Below are positions 1-11,700 of a stretch of 64,000 nucleotides of DNA, in pieces. The first letter of the stretch is position 1; every line of letters starts with the position of its first letter. This stretch comes from Auanema rhodensis (Eukaryota > Animalia > Nematoda): NCBI GenBank assembly GCA_964057225.1, contig OZ059894.1, positions 23,188,001-23,252,000 of the forward strand, read 5' to 3'. Under the pieces are notes generated by a model. It was not told the origin of the DNA, ran no database searches, and saw only the letters and a program-made list of their open reading frames with translations. The position numbers and the translations under genes were made by a program.

Positions 1-38
1 CCATATTAGTCTAAAAACAAATTTTTATTGATATTGGT

Positions 39-53
39 TCATGGTAACCATGA
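39..53. other. Perfect 7-1-7 inverted repeat TCATGGT-A-ACCATGA (recurs in most monomers)
   Basis: Read directly from the first monomer. Confidence 0.9.
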
Positions 54-96
54 CTTTGAAATTTACGTGAACTTTAATTTATGCTAATTAAATGTA

Positions 97-136
97 CACG
101 TGATGTGCACTTGGTATGTAACTCGCTTCACGTGAA
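97..136. promoter_or_regulatory. Two CACGTG E-boxes per monomer: CACGTGAT (minus strand ATCACGTG, matches RTCACRTG) at 97-104 and palindrome TTCACGTGAA at 127-136; binding is unproven
   Basis: The motifs are seen directly. CACGTG is the established class-B bHLH-ZIP core, and RTCACRTG is the budding-yeast CDEI/Cbf1 consensus. Function here is inference only. Confidence 0.35.
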
Positions 137-3100
137 AGATAAGGAGATGTGGTTTTCAAAATTAGATTCCCCATGTCCATATTAGTCTAAAAACAGATTT
201 TTATTGATATTGGTTCATGGTAACCATGTCTTTGAAATTTACGTGAACTTTAATTTATGCTAATTAAATGTACACGTGATGTGCACTTGGTATGTAACTC
301 GCTTCACGTGAAAGATAAAGAGATGCCGTTTTCAAAATTAGATTCCCCATGTCCATATTAGTCTAAAAACAAATTTTTATTGATATTGGTGCATGGTAAC
401 CATGACTTTGAAATTTACGTGAACTTTAATTTATGCTAATTAAATGTACACGTGATGTGCACTTGGTATGTAACTCGCTTCACGTGAAAGATAAAGAGAT
501 GCGGTTTTCAAAATTAGATTCCCCATGTCCATATTAGTTTAAAAACAAATTTTTATTGATATTGGTTCATGGTAACCATGTCTTTGAAATTTACGTGAAC
601 TTTAATTTATGCTAATTAAATGTACACGTGATGTGCACTTGGTATGTAACTCGCTTCACGTGAAAGATAAAGAGATGCGGTTTTCAAAATTAGATTCCCC
701 ATGTCCATATTAGTCTAAAAACAGATTTTTATTGATATTGGTTCATGGTAACCATGACTTTGAAATTTACGTGAACTTTAATTTATGCTAATTAAATGTA
801 CACGTGATGTGCACTTGGTATGTAACTCGCTTCACGTGAAAGATAAAGAGATGCGGTTTTCAAAATTAGATTCCCCTTGTCCATATTAGGCTAAAAACAG
901 ATTTTTATTGATATTGGTTCATGGTAACCATGACTTTGAAATTTACTTGAACTTTAATTTATGCTAATTAAATGTACACGTGATGTGCACTTGGTATGTA
1001 ACTCGCTTCACGTGAAAGATAAAGAGATGCGGTTTCCAAAATTAGATTCCCCATGTCCATATTAGTCTAAAAACAGATTTTTATTGATATTGGTTCATGG
1101 TAACCATGACTTTGAAATTTACGTGAACTTTAATTTATGCTAATTAAATGTACACGTGATGTGCACTTGGTATGTAACTCGCTTCACGTGAAAGGTAAAG
1201 AGATGCGGTTTTCAAAATTAGATTCCCCATGTCCATATTAGTCTAAAAACAGATTTTTATTGATATTGGTTCATGGTAACCATGACTTTGAAATTTACGT
1301 GAACTTTAATTTATGCTAATTAAATGTACACGTGATGTGCACTTGGTATGTAACTCGCTTCACGTGAAAGGTAAAGAGATGCGGTTTTCAAAATTAGATT
1401 CCCCATGTCCATATTAGTCTAAAAACAGATTTTTATTGATATTGGTTCATGGTAACCATGACTTTGAAATTTACGTGAACTTTAATTTATGCTAATTAAA
1501 TGTACACGTGATGTGCACTTGGTATGTAACTCGCTTCACGTGAAAGATAAGGAGATGCGGTTTTCAAAATTAGATTCCCCATGTCCATATTAGTCTAAAA
1601 ACAGATTTTTATTGATATTGGTTCATGGTAACCATGTCTTTGAAATTTACGTGAACTTTAATTTATGCTAATTAAATGTACACGTGATGTGCACTTGGTA
1701 TGTAACTCGCTTCACGTGAAAGATAAAGAGATGCCGTTTTCAAAATTAGATTCCCCATGTCCATATTAGTCTAAAAACAAATTTTTATTGATATTGGTGC
1801 ATGGTAACCATGACTTTGAAATTTACGTGAACTTTAATTTATGCTAATTAAATGTACACGTGATGTGCACTTGGTATGTAACTCGCTTCACGTGAAAGAT
1901 AAAGAGATGCGGTTTTCAAAATTAGATTCCCCATGTCCATATTAGTTTAAAAACAAATTTTTATTGATATTGGTTCATGGTAACCATGTCTTTGAAATTT
2001 ACGTGAACTTTAATTTATGCTAATTAAATGTACACGTGATGTGCACTTGGTATGTAACTCGCTTCACGTGAAAGATAAAGAGATGCGGTTTTCAAAATTA
2101 GATTCCCCATGTCCATATTAGTCTAAAAACAGATTTTTATTGATATTGGTTCATGGTAACCATGACTTTGAAATTTACGTGAACTTTAATTTATGCTAAT
2201 TAAATGTACACGTGATGTGCACTTGGTATGTAACTCGCTTCACGTGAAAGATAAAGAGATGCGGTTTTCAAAATTAGATTCCCCTTGTCCATATTAGGCT
2301 AAAAACAGATTTTTATTGATATTGGTTCATGGTAACCATGACTTTGAAATTTACTTGAACTTTAATTTATGCTAATTAAATGTACACGTGATGTGCACTT
2401 GGTATGTAACTCGCTTCACGTGAAAGATAAAGAGATGCGGTTTCCAAAATTAGATTCCCCATGTCCATATTAGTCTAAAAACAGATTTTTATTGATATTG
2501 GTTCATGGTAACCATGACTTTGAAATTTACGTGAACTTTAATTTATGCTAATTAAATGTACACGTGATGTGCACTTGGTATGTAACTCGCTTCACGTGAA
2601 AGATAAAGAGATGCGGTTTTCAAAATTAGATTCCCCATGTCCATATTAGTTTAAAAACAAATTTTTATTGATATTGGTTCATGGTAACCATGTCTTTGAA
2701 ATTTACGTGAACTTTAATTTATGCTAATTAAATGTACACGTGATGTGCACTTGGTATGTAACTCGCTTCACGTGAAAGATAAAGAGATGCGGTTTTCAAA
2801 ATTAGATTCCCCATGTCCATATTAGTCTAAAAACAGATTTTTATTGATATTGGTTCATGGTAACCATGACTTTGAAATTTACGTGAACTTTAATTTATGC
2901 TAATTAAATGTACACGTGATGTGCACTTGGTATGTAACTCGCTTCACGTGAAAGATAAAGAGATGCGGTTTTCAAAATTAGATTCCCCTTGTCCATATTA
3001 GGCTAAAAACAGATTTTTATTGATATTGGTTCATGGTAACCATGACTTTGAAATTTACTTGAACTTTAATTTATGCTAATTAAATGTACACGTGATGTGC

Positions 3101-4299
3101 ACTTGGTATGTAACTCGCTTCACGTGAAAGATAAAGAGATGCGGTTTCCAAAATTAGATTCCCCATGTCCATATTAGTCTAAAAACAGATTTTTATTGAT
3201 ATTGGTTCATGGTAACCATGACTTTGAAATTTACGTGAACTTTAATTTATGCTAATTAAATGTACACGTGATGTGCACTTGGTATGTAACTCGCTTCACG
3301 TGAAAGGTAAAGAGATGCGGTTTTCAAAATTAGATTCCCCATGTCCATATTAGTCTAAAAACAGATTTTTATTGATATTGGTTCATGGTAACCATGACTT
3401 TGAAATTTACGTGAACTTTAATTTATGCTAATTAAATGTACACGTGATGTGCACTTGGTATGTAACTCGCTTCACGTGAAAGGTAAAGAGATGCGGTTTT
3501 CAAAATTAGATTCCCCATGTCCATATTAGTCTAAAAACAGATTTTTATTGATATTGGTTCATGGTAACCATGACTTTGAAATTTACGTGAACTTTAATTT
3601 ATGCTAATTAAATGTACACGTGATGTGCACTTGGTATGTAACTCGCTTCACGTGAAAGATAAAGAGATGCGGTTTTCAAAATTAGATTCCCCATGTCCAT
3701 ATTAGTCTAAAAACAGATTTTTATTGATATTGGTTCATGGTAACCATGACTTTGAAATTTACGTGAACTTTAATTTATGCTAATTAAATGTACACGTGAT
3801 GTGCACTTGGTATGTAACTCGCTTCACGTGAAAGATAAAGAGATGCGGTTTTCAAAATTAGATTCCCCTTGTCCATATTAGTCTTAAAACAGATTTTTAT
3901 TGATATTGGTTCATGGTAACCATGACTTTGAAATTTACGTGAACTTTAATTTATGCTAATTAAATGTACACGTGATGTGCACTTGGTATGTAATTCGCTT
4001 CACGTGAAAGATAAAGAGATGCGGTTTCCAAAATTAGATTCCCCATGTCCATATTAGTCTAAAAACAGATTTTTATTGATATTGGTTCATGGTAACCATG
4101 ACTTTGAAATTTACGTGAACTTTAATTTATGCTAATTAAATGTACACGTGATGTGCACTTGGTATGTAACTCGCTTCACGTGAAAGATAAAGAGATGCGG
4201 TTTCCAAAATTAGATTCCCCATTTCCATATTAGTCTAAAAACAAATTTTTATTGATATTGGTTCATGGTAACCATGACTTTCAAATTTACGTGAACTTT

Positions 4300-7100
4300 A
4301 ATTTATGCTAATTAAATGTACACGGGGAGTGCACTTGGTATGTAACTCGCTTCACGTGAAAGATAAAGAGATGCGGTTTTCAAAATTAGATTCCCCATGT
4401 CCATATTAGTCTAAAAACAAATTTTTATTGATATTGGTTCATGGTAACCATGACTTTGAAATTTACGTGAACTTTAATTTATGCTAATTAAATGTACACG
4501 TGATGTGCACTTGGTATGTAACTCGCTTCACGTGAAAGATAAAATGATGCGGTTTTCAAAATTAGATTCCCCATGTCCATATTAGTCTAAAAACAGATTT
4601 TTATTGATATTGGTTTATGGTAACCATGTCTTTGAAATTTACGTGAACTTTAATTTATGCTAATTAAATGTACACGTGATGTGCACTTGGTATGTAACTC
4701 GCTTCACGTGAAAGATAAAATGATGCGGTTTTCAAAATTAGATTCTTCATGTCCATATTAGTCTAAAAACAAATTTTTATTGATATTGGTTCATGGTAAC
4801 CATGACTTTGAAATTTACGTGAACTTTAATTTATGCTAATTAAATGTACACGTGATGTGCACTTGGTATGTAACTCGCTTCACGTGAAAGATTAAGAGAT
4901 GCGGTTTTCAAAATTAGATTCCCCATGTCCATATTAGTCTAAAAACAAATTTTTATTGATATTGGTTCATGGTAACCATGACTTTGAAATTTACGTGAAC
5001 TTTAATTTATGCTAATTAAATGTACACGTGATGTGCACTTGGTATGTAACTCGCTTCAAGTGAAAGATAAAGAGATGCGGTTTTCAAAATTAGATTCCCC
5101 ATGTCCATATTAGTCTAAAAACAAATTTTTATTGATATTGGTGCATGGTAACCATGACTTTGAAATTTACGTGAACTTTAATTTATGCTAATTAAATGTA
5201 CACGTGATGTGCACTTGGTATGTAACTCGCTTCACGTGAAAGATAAGGAGATGCGGTTTTCAAAATTAGATTCTCCATGTCCATATTAGTCTAAAAACAG
5301 ATTTTTATTGATATTGGTTTATGGTAACCATGTCTTTGAAATTTACGTGAACTTTAATTTATGCTAATTAAATGTACACGTGATGTGCACTTGGTATGTA
5401 ACTCGCTTCACGTGAAAGATAAGGAGATGCGGTTTTCAAAATTAGATTCCCCATGTCCATATTAGTCTAAAAACAGATTTTTATTGATATTGGTGCATGG
5501 TAACCATGACTTTGAAATTTACGTGAACTTTAATTTATGCTAATTAAATGTACACGTGATGTGCACTTGGTATGTAACTCGCTTCACGTGAAAGATAAAA
5601 TGATGCGGTTTTCAAAATTAGATTCCCCATGTCCATATTAGTCTAAAAACAGATTTTTATTGATATTGGTGCATGGTAACCATGACTTTGAAATTTACGT
5701 GAACTTTAATTTATGCTAATTAAATGTACACGTGGAGTGCACTTGGTATGTAACTCGCTTCACGTGAAAGATAAAGAGATGCGGTTTTCAAAATTAGATT
5801 CCCCATGTCCATATTAGTCTAAAAACAAATTTTTATTGATATTGGTTCATGGTAACCATGACTTTGAAATTTACGTGAACTTTAATTTATGCTAATTAAA
5901 TGTACACGTGATGTGCACTTGGTATGTAACTCGCTTCACGTGAAAGATAAAATGATGCGGTTTTCAAAATTAGATTCCCCATGTCCATATTAGTCTAAAA
6001 ACAGATTTTTATTGATATTGGTTTATGGTAACCATGTCTTTGAAATTTACGTGAACTTTAATTTATGCTAATTAAATGTACACGTGATGTGCACTTGGTA
6101 TGTAACTCGCTTCACGTGAAAGATAAAATGATGCGGTTTTCAAAATTAGATTCTTCATGTCCATATTAGTCTAAAAACAAATTTTTATTGATATTGGTTC
6201 ATGGTAACCATGACTTTGAAATTTACGTGAACTTTAATTTATGCTAATTAAATGTACACGTGATGTGCACTTGGTATGTAACTCGCTTCACGTGAAAGAT
6301 TAAGAGATGCGGTTTTCAAAATTAGATTCCCCATGTCCATATTAGTCTAAAAACAAATTTTTATTGATATTGGTTCATGGTAACCATGACTTTGAAATTT
6401 ACGTGAACTTTAATTTATGCTAATTAAATGTACACGTGATGTGCACTTGGTATGTAACTCGCTTCACGTGAAAGATAAAGAGATGCGGTTTTCAAAATTA
6501 GATTCCCCATGTCCATATTAGTCTAAAAACAAATTTTTATTGATATTGGTGCATGGTAACCATGACTTTGAAATTTACGTGAACTTTAATTTATGCTAAT
6601 TAAATGTACACGTGATGTGCACTTGGTATGTAACTCGCTTCACGTGAAAGATAAGGAGATGCGGTTTTCAAAATTAGATTCCCCATGTCCATATTAGTCT
6701 AAAAACAGATTTTTATTGATATTGGTTTATGGTAACCATGTCTTTGAAATTTACGTGAACTTTAATTTATGCTAATTAAATGTACACGTGATGTGCACTT
6801 GGTATGTAACTCGCTTCACGTGAAAGATAAGGAGATGCGGTTTTCAAAATTAGATTCCCCATGTCCATATTAGTCTAAAAACAGATTTTTATTGATATTG
6901 GTGCATGGTAACCATGACTTTGAAATTTACGTGAACTTTAATTTATGCTAATTAAATGTACACGTGATGTGCACTTGGTATGTAACTCGCTTCACGTGAA
7001 AGATAAAATGATGCGGTTTTCAAAATTAGATTCCCCATGTCCATATTAGTCTAAAAACAGATTTTTATTGATATTGGTTTATGGTAACCATGTCTTTGAA
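4300..7100 (+). repeat. Higher-order repeat: a second 8-mer (1408 bp) x2
   Basis: The GGAGTGCAC variant is at about 4327 and 5735, and GATTAAG at about 4893 and 6301 (both offset 1408). Boundaries are approximate. Confidence 0.8.
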
Positions 7101-7920
7101 ATTTACGTGAACTTTAATTTATGCTAATTAAATGTACACGTGATGTGCACTTGGTATGTAACTCGCTTCACGTGAAAGATAAAATGATGCGGTTTTCAAA
7201 ATTAGATTCTTCATGTCCATATTAGTCTAAAAACAAATTTTTATTGATATTGGTTCATGGTAACCATGACTTTGAAATTTACGTGAACTTTAATTTATGC
7301 TAATTAAATGTACACGTGATGTGCACTTGGTATGTAACTCGCTTCACGTGAAAGATAAAGAGATGCCGTTTTCAAAATTAGATTCCCCATGTTCATATTA
7401 GTCTAAAAACAAATTTTTATTGATATTGGTTCATGGTAACCATGACTTTGAAATTTACGTGAACTTTAATTTATGCTAATTAAATGTACACGTGATGTGC
7501 ACTTGGTATGTAACTCGCTTCACGTGAAAGATAAGGAGATGCGGTTTTCAAAATTAGATTCCCCATGTCCATATTAGTCTAAAAACAGATTTTTATTGAT
7601 ATTGGTTTATGGTAACCATGTCTTTGAAATTTACGTGAACTTTAATTTATGCTAATTAAATGTACACGTGATGTGCACTTGGTATGTAACTCGCTTCACG
7701 TGAAAGATAAAATGATGCGGTTTTCAAAATTAGATTCTTCATGTCCATATTAGTCTAAAAACAAATTTTTATTGATATTGGTTCATGGTAACCATGACTT
7801 TGAAATTTACGTGAACTTTAATTTATGCTAATTAAATGTACACGTGATGTGCACTTGGTATGTAACTCGCTTCACGTGAAAGATTAAGAGATGCGGTTTT
7901 CAAAATTAGATTCCCCATGT

Positions 7921-10900
7921 CCATATTAGTCTAAAAACAAATTTTTATTGATATTGGTTCATGGTAACCATGACTTTGAAATTTACGTGAACTTTAATTT
8001 ATGCTAATTAAATGTACACGTGATGTGCACTTGGTATGTAACTCGCTTCACGTGAAAGATAAGGAGATGCGGTTTTCAAAATTAGATTCCCCATGTCCAT
8101 ATTAGTCTAAAAACAGATTTTTATTGATATTGGTTCATGGTAACCATGTCTTTGAAATTTACGTGAACTTTAATTTATGCTAATTAAATGTACACGTGAT
8201 GTGCACTTGGTATGTAACTCGCTTCACGTGAAAGATAAAGAGATGCCGTTTTCAAAATTAGATTCCCCATGTCCATATTAGTCTAAAAACAAATTTTTAT
8301 TGATATTGGTGCATGGTAACCATGACTTTGAAATTTACGTGAACTTTAATTTATGCTAATTAAATGTACACGTGATGTGCACTTGGTATGTAACTCGCTT
8401 CACGTGAAAGATAAAGAGATGCGGTTTTCAAAATTAGATTCCCCATGTCCATATTAGTTTAAAAACAAATTTTTATTGATATTGGTTCATGGTAACCATG
8501 TCTTTGAAATTTACGTGAACTTTAATTTATGCTAATTAAATGTACACGTGATGTGCACTTGGTATGTAACTCGCTTCACGTGAAAGATAAAGAGATGCGG
8601 TTTTCAAAATTAGATTCCCCATGTCCATATTAGTCTAAAAACAGATTTTTATTGATATTGGTTCATGGTAACCATGACTTTGAAATTTACGTGAACTTTA
8701 ATTTATGCTAATTAAATGTACACGTGATGTGCACTTGGTATGTAACTCGCTTCACGTGAAAGATAAAGAGATGCGGTTTTCAAAATTAGATTCCCCTTGT
8801 CCATATTAGGCTAAAAACAGATTTTTATTGATATTGGTTCATGGTAACCATGACTTTGAAATTTACTTGAACTTTAATTTATGCTAATTAAATGTACACG
8901 TGATGTGCACTTGGTATGTAACTCGCTTCACGTGAAAGATAAAGAGATGCGGTTTCCAAAATTAGATTCCCCATGTCCATATTAGTCTAAAAACAGATTT
9001 TTATTGATATTGGTTCATGGTAACCATGACTTTGAAATTTACGTGAACTTTAATTTATGCTAATTAAATGTACACGTGATGTGCACTTGGTATGTAACTC
9101 GCTTCACGTGAAAGGTAAAGAGATGCGGTTTTCAAAATTAGATTCCCCATGTCCATATTAGTCTAAAAACAGATTTTTATTGATATTGGTTCATGGTAAC
9201 CATGACTTTGAAATTTACGTGAACTTTAATTTATGCTAATTAAATGTACACGTGATGTGCACTTGGTATGTAACTCGCTTCACGTGAAAGGTAAAGAGAT
9301 GCGGTTTTCAAAATTAGATTCCCCATGTCCATATTAGTCTAAAAACAGATTTTTATTGATATTGGTTCATGGTAACCATGACTTTGAAATTTACGTGAAC
9401 TTTAATTTATGCTAATTAAATGTACACGTGATGTGCACTTGGTATGTAACTCGCTTCACGTGAAAGATAAGGAGATGCGGTTTTCAAAATTAGATTCCCC
9501 ATGTCCATATTAGTCTAAAAACAGATTTTTATTGATATTGGTTCATGGTAACCATGTCTTTGAAATTTACGTGAACTTTAATTTATGCTAATTAAATGTA
9601 CACGTGATGTGCACTTGGTATGTAACTCGCTTCACGTGAACGATAAAGAGATGCCGTTTTCAAAATTAGATTCCCCATGTCCATATTAGTCTAAAAACAA
9701 ATTTTTATTGATATTGGTGCATGGTAACCATGACTTTGAAATTTACGTGAACTTTAATTTATGCTAATTAAATGTACACGTGATGTGCACTTGGTATGTA
9801 ACTCGCTTCACGTGAAAGATAAAGAGATGCGGTTTTCAAAATTAGATTCCCCATGTCCATATTAGTTTAAAAACAAATTTTTATTGATATTGGTTCATGG
9901 TAACCATGTCTTTGAAATTTACGTGAACTTTAATTTATGCTAATTAAATGTACACGTGATGTGCACTTGGTATGTAACTCGCTTCACGTGAAAGATAAAG
10001 AGATGCGGTTTTCAAAATTAGATTCCCCATGTCCATATTAGTCTAAAAACAGATTTTTATTGATATTGGTTCATGGTAACCATGACTTTGAAATTTACGT
10101 GAACTTTAATTTATGCTAATTAAATGTACACGTGATGTGCACTTGGTATGTAACTCGCTTCACGTGAAAGATAAAGAGATGCGGTTTTCAAAATTAGATT
10201 CCCCTTGTCCATATTAGGCTAAAAACAGATTTTTATTGATATTGGTTCATGGTAACCATGACTTTGAAATTTACTTGAACTTTAATTTATGCTAATTAAA
10301 TGTACACGTGATGTGCACTTGGTATGTAACTCGCTTCACGTGAAAGATAAAGAGATGCGGTTTCCAAAATTAGATTCCCCATGTCCATATTAGTCTAAAA
10401 ACAGATTTTTATTGATATTGGTTCATGGTAACCATGACTTTGAAATTTACGTGAACTTTAATTTATGCTAATTAAATGTACACGTGATGTGCACTTGGTA
10501 TGTAACTCGCTTCACGTGAAAGGTAAAGAGATGCGGTTTTCAAAATTAGATTCCCCATGTCCATATTAGTCTAAAAACAGATTTTTATTGATATTGGTTC
10601 ATGGTAACCATGACTTTGAAATTTACGTGAACTTTAATTTATGCTAATTAAATGTACACGTGATGTGCACTTGGTATGTAACTCGCTTCACGTGAAAGGT
10701 AAAGAGATGCGGTTTTCAAAATTAGATTCCCCATGTCCATATTAGTCTAAAAACAGATTTTTATTGATATTGGTTCATGGTAACCATGACTTTGAAATTT
10801 ACGTGAACTTTAATTTATGCTAATTAAATGTACACGTGATGTGCACTTGGTATGTAACTCGCTTCACGTGAAAGATAAAGAGATGCGGTTTTCAAAATTA

Positions 10901-11700
10901 GATTCCCCATGTCCATATTAGTCTAAAAACAGATTTTTATTGATATTGGTTCATGGTAACCATGACTTTGAAATTTACGTGAACTTTAATTTATGCTAAT
11001 TAAATGTACACGTGATGTGCACTTGGTATGTAACTCGCTTCACGTGAAAGATAAAGAGATGCGGTTTTCAAAATTAGATTCCCCTTGTCCATATTAGTCT
11101 TAAAACAGATTTTTATTGATATTGGTTCATGGTAACCATGACTTTGAAATTTACGTGAACTTTAATTTATGCTAATTAAATGTACACGTGATGTGCACTT
11201 GGTATGTAATTCGCTTCACGTGAAAGATAAAGAGATGCGGTTTCCAAAATTAGATTCCCCATGTCCATATTAGTCTAAAAACAGATTTTTATTGATATTG
11301 GTTCATGGTAACCATGACTTTGAAATTTACGTGAACTTTAATTTATGCTAATTAAATGTACACGTGATGTGCACTTGGTATGTAACTCGCTTCACGTGAA
11401 AGATAAAGAGATGCGGTTTCCAAAATTAGATTCCCCATTTCCATATTAGTCTAAAAACAAATTTTTATTGATATTGGTTCATGGTAACCATGACTTTCAA
11501 ATTTACGTGAACTTTAATTTATGCTAATTAAATGTACACGTGGAGTGCACTTGGTATGTAACTCGCTTCACGTGAAAGATAAAGAGATGCGGTTTTCAAA
11601 ATTAGATTCCCCATGTCCATATTAGTCTAAAAACAAATTTTTATTGATATTGGTTCATGGTAACCATGACTTTGAAATTTACGTGAACTTTAATTTATGC
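7921..11700 (+). repeat. Block copy of about 1-4500 (offset 45 monomers, then 41 after the extra 4-mer in the first copy)
   Basis: Variant order from 7921 reproduces that from position 1 (offset 7920 = 45 x 176). The GTCTTAAAAC marker is at 3885 and 11101 (7216 = 41 x 176). Confidence 0.85.

Larger units (their letters stand above)
1..3300 (+). repeat. Higher-order repeat: 8-mer (1408 bp) x2 followed by a nested 4-mer (704 bp) duplication
   Basis: The AAGG variant is at about 143 and 1551. The CCCTT/TAGGCT/TACTT monomer is at about 890, 2298 and 3002 (offsets 1408 and 704). Boundaries are approximate. Confidence 0.85.

Noticed and set aside
36-48. RFX X-box (GGTTCATGGTAAC)
   Set aside because: The right half-site GGTAAC fits, but the left half does not match GTTNCC at canonical spacing, so support is insufficient.
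121-137. CENP-B box-like motif (CTCGcttcAcgTGAA)
   Set aside because: Only 5 of the 9 essential positions of TTCG....A..CGGG match (6 in the rare AATTCG variant), and the CGGG half is absent.
1-176. Assignment to a known satellite of similar length (Brassica CentBr, Arabidopsis CEN178, primate alpha satellite)
   Set aside because: Only the length is similar. I recognise no diagnostic sequence, so a database search is required.
1-176. Tandem 5S rRNA, tRNA, snRNA or spliced-leader RNA gene array
   Set aside because: There is no recognisable 5S or tRNA sequence, Pol III A/B/C box or cloverleaf, and the monomer is too AT-rich.
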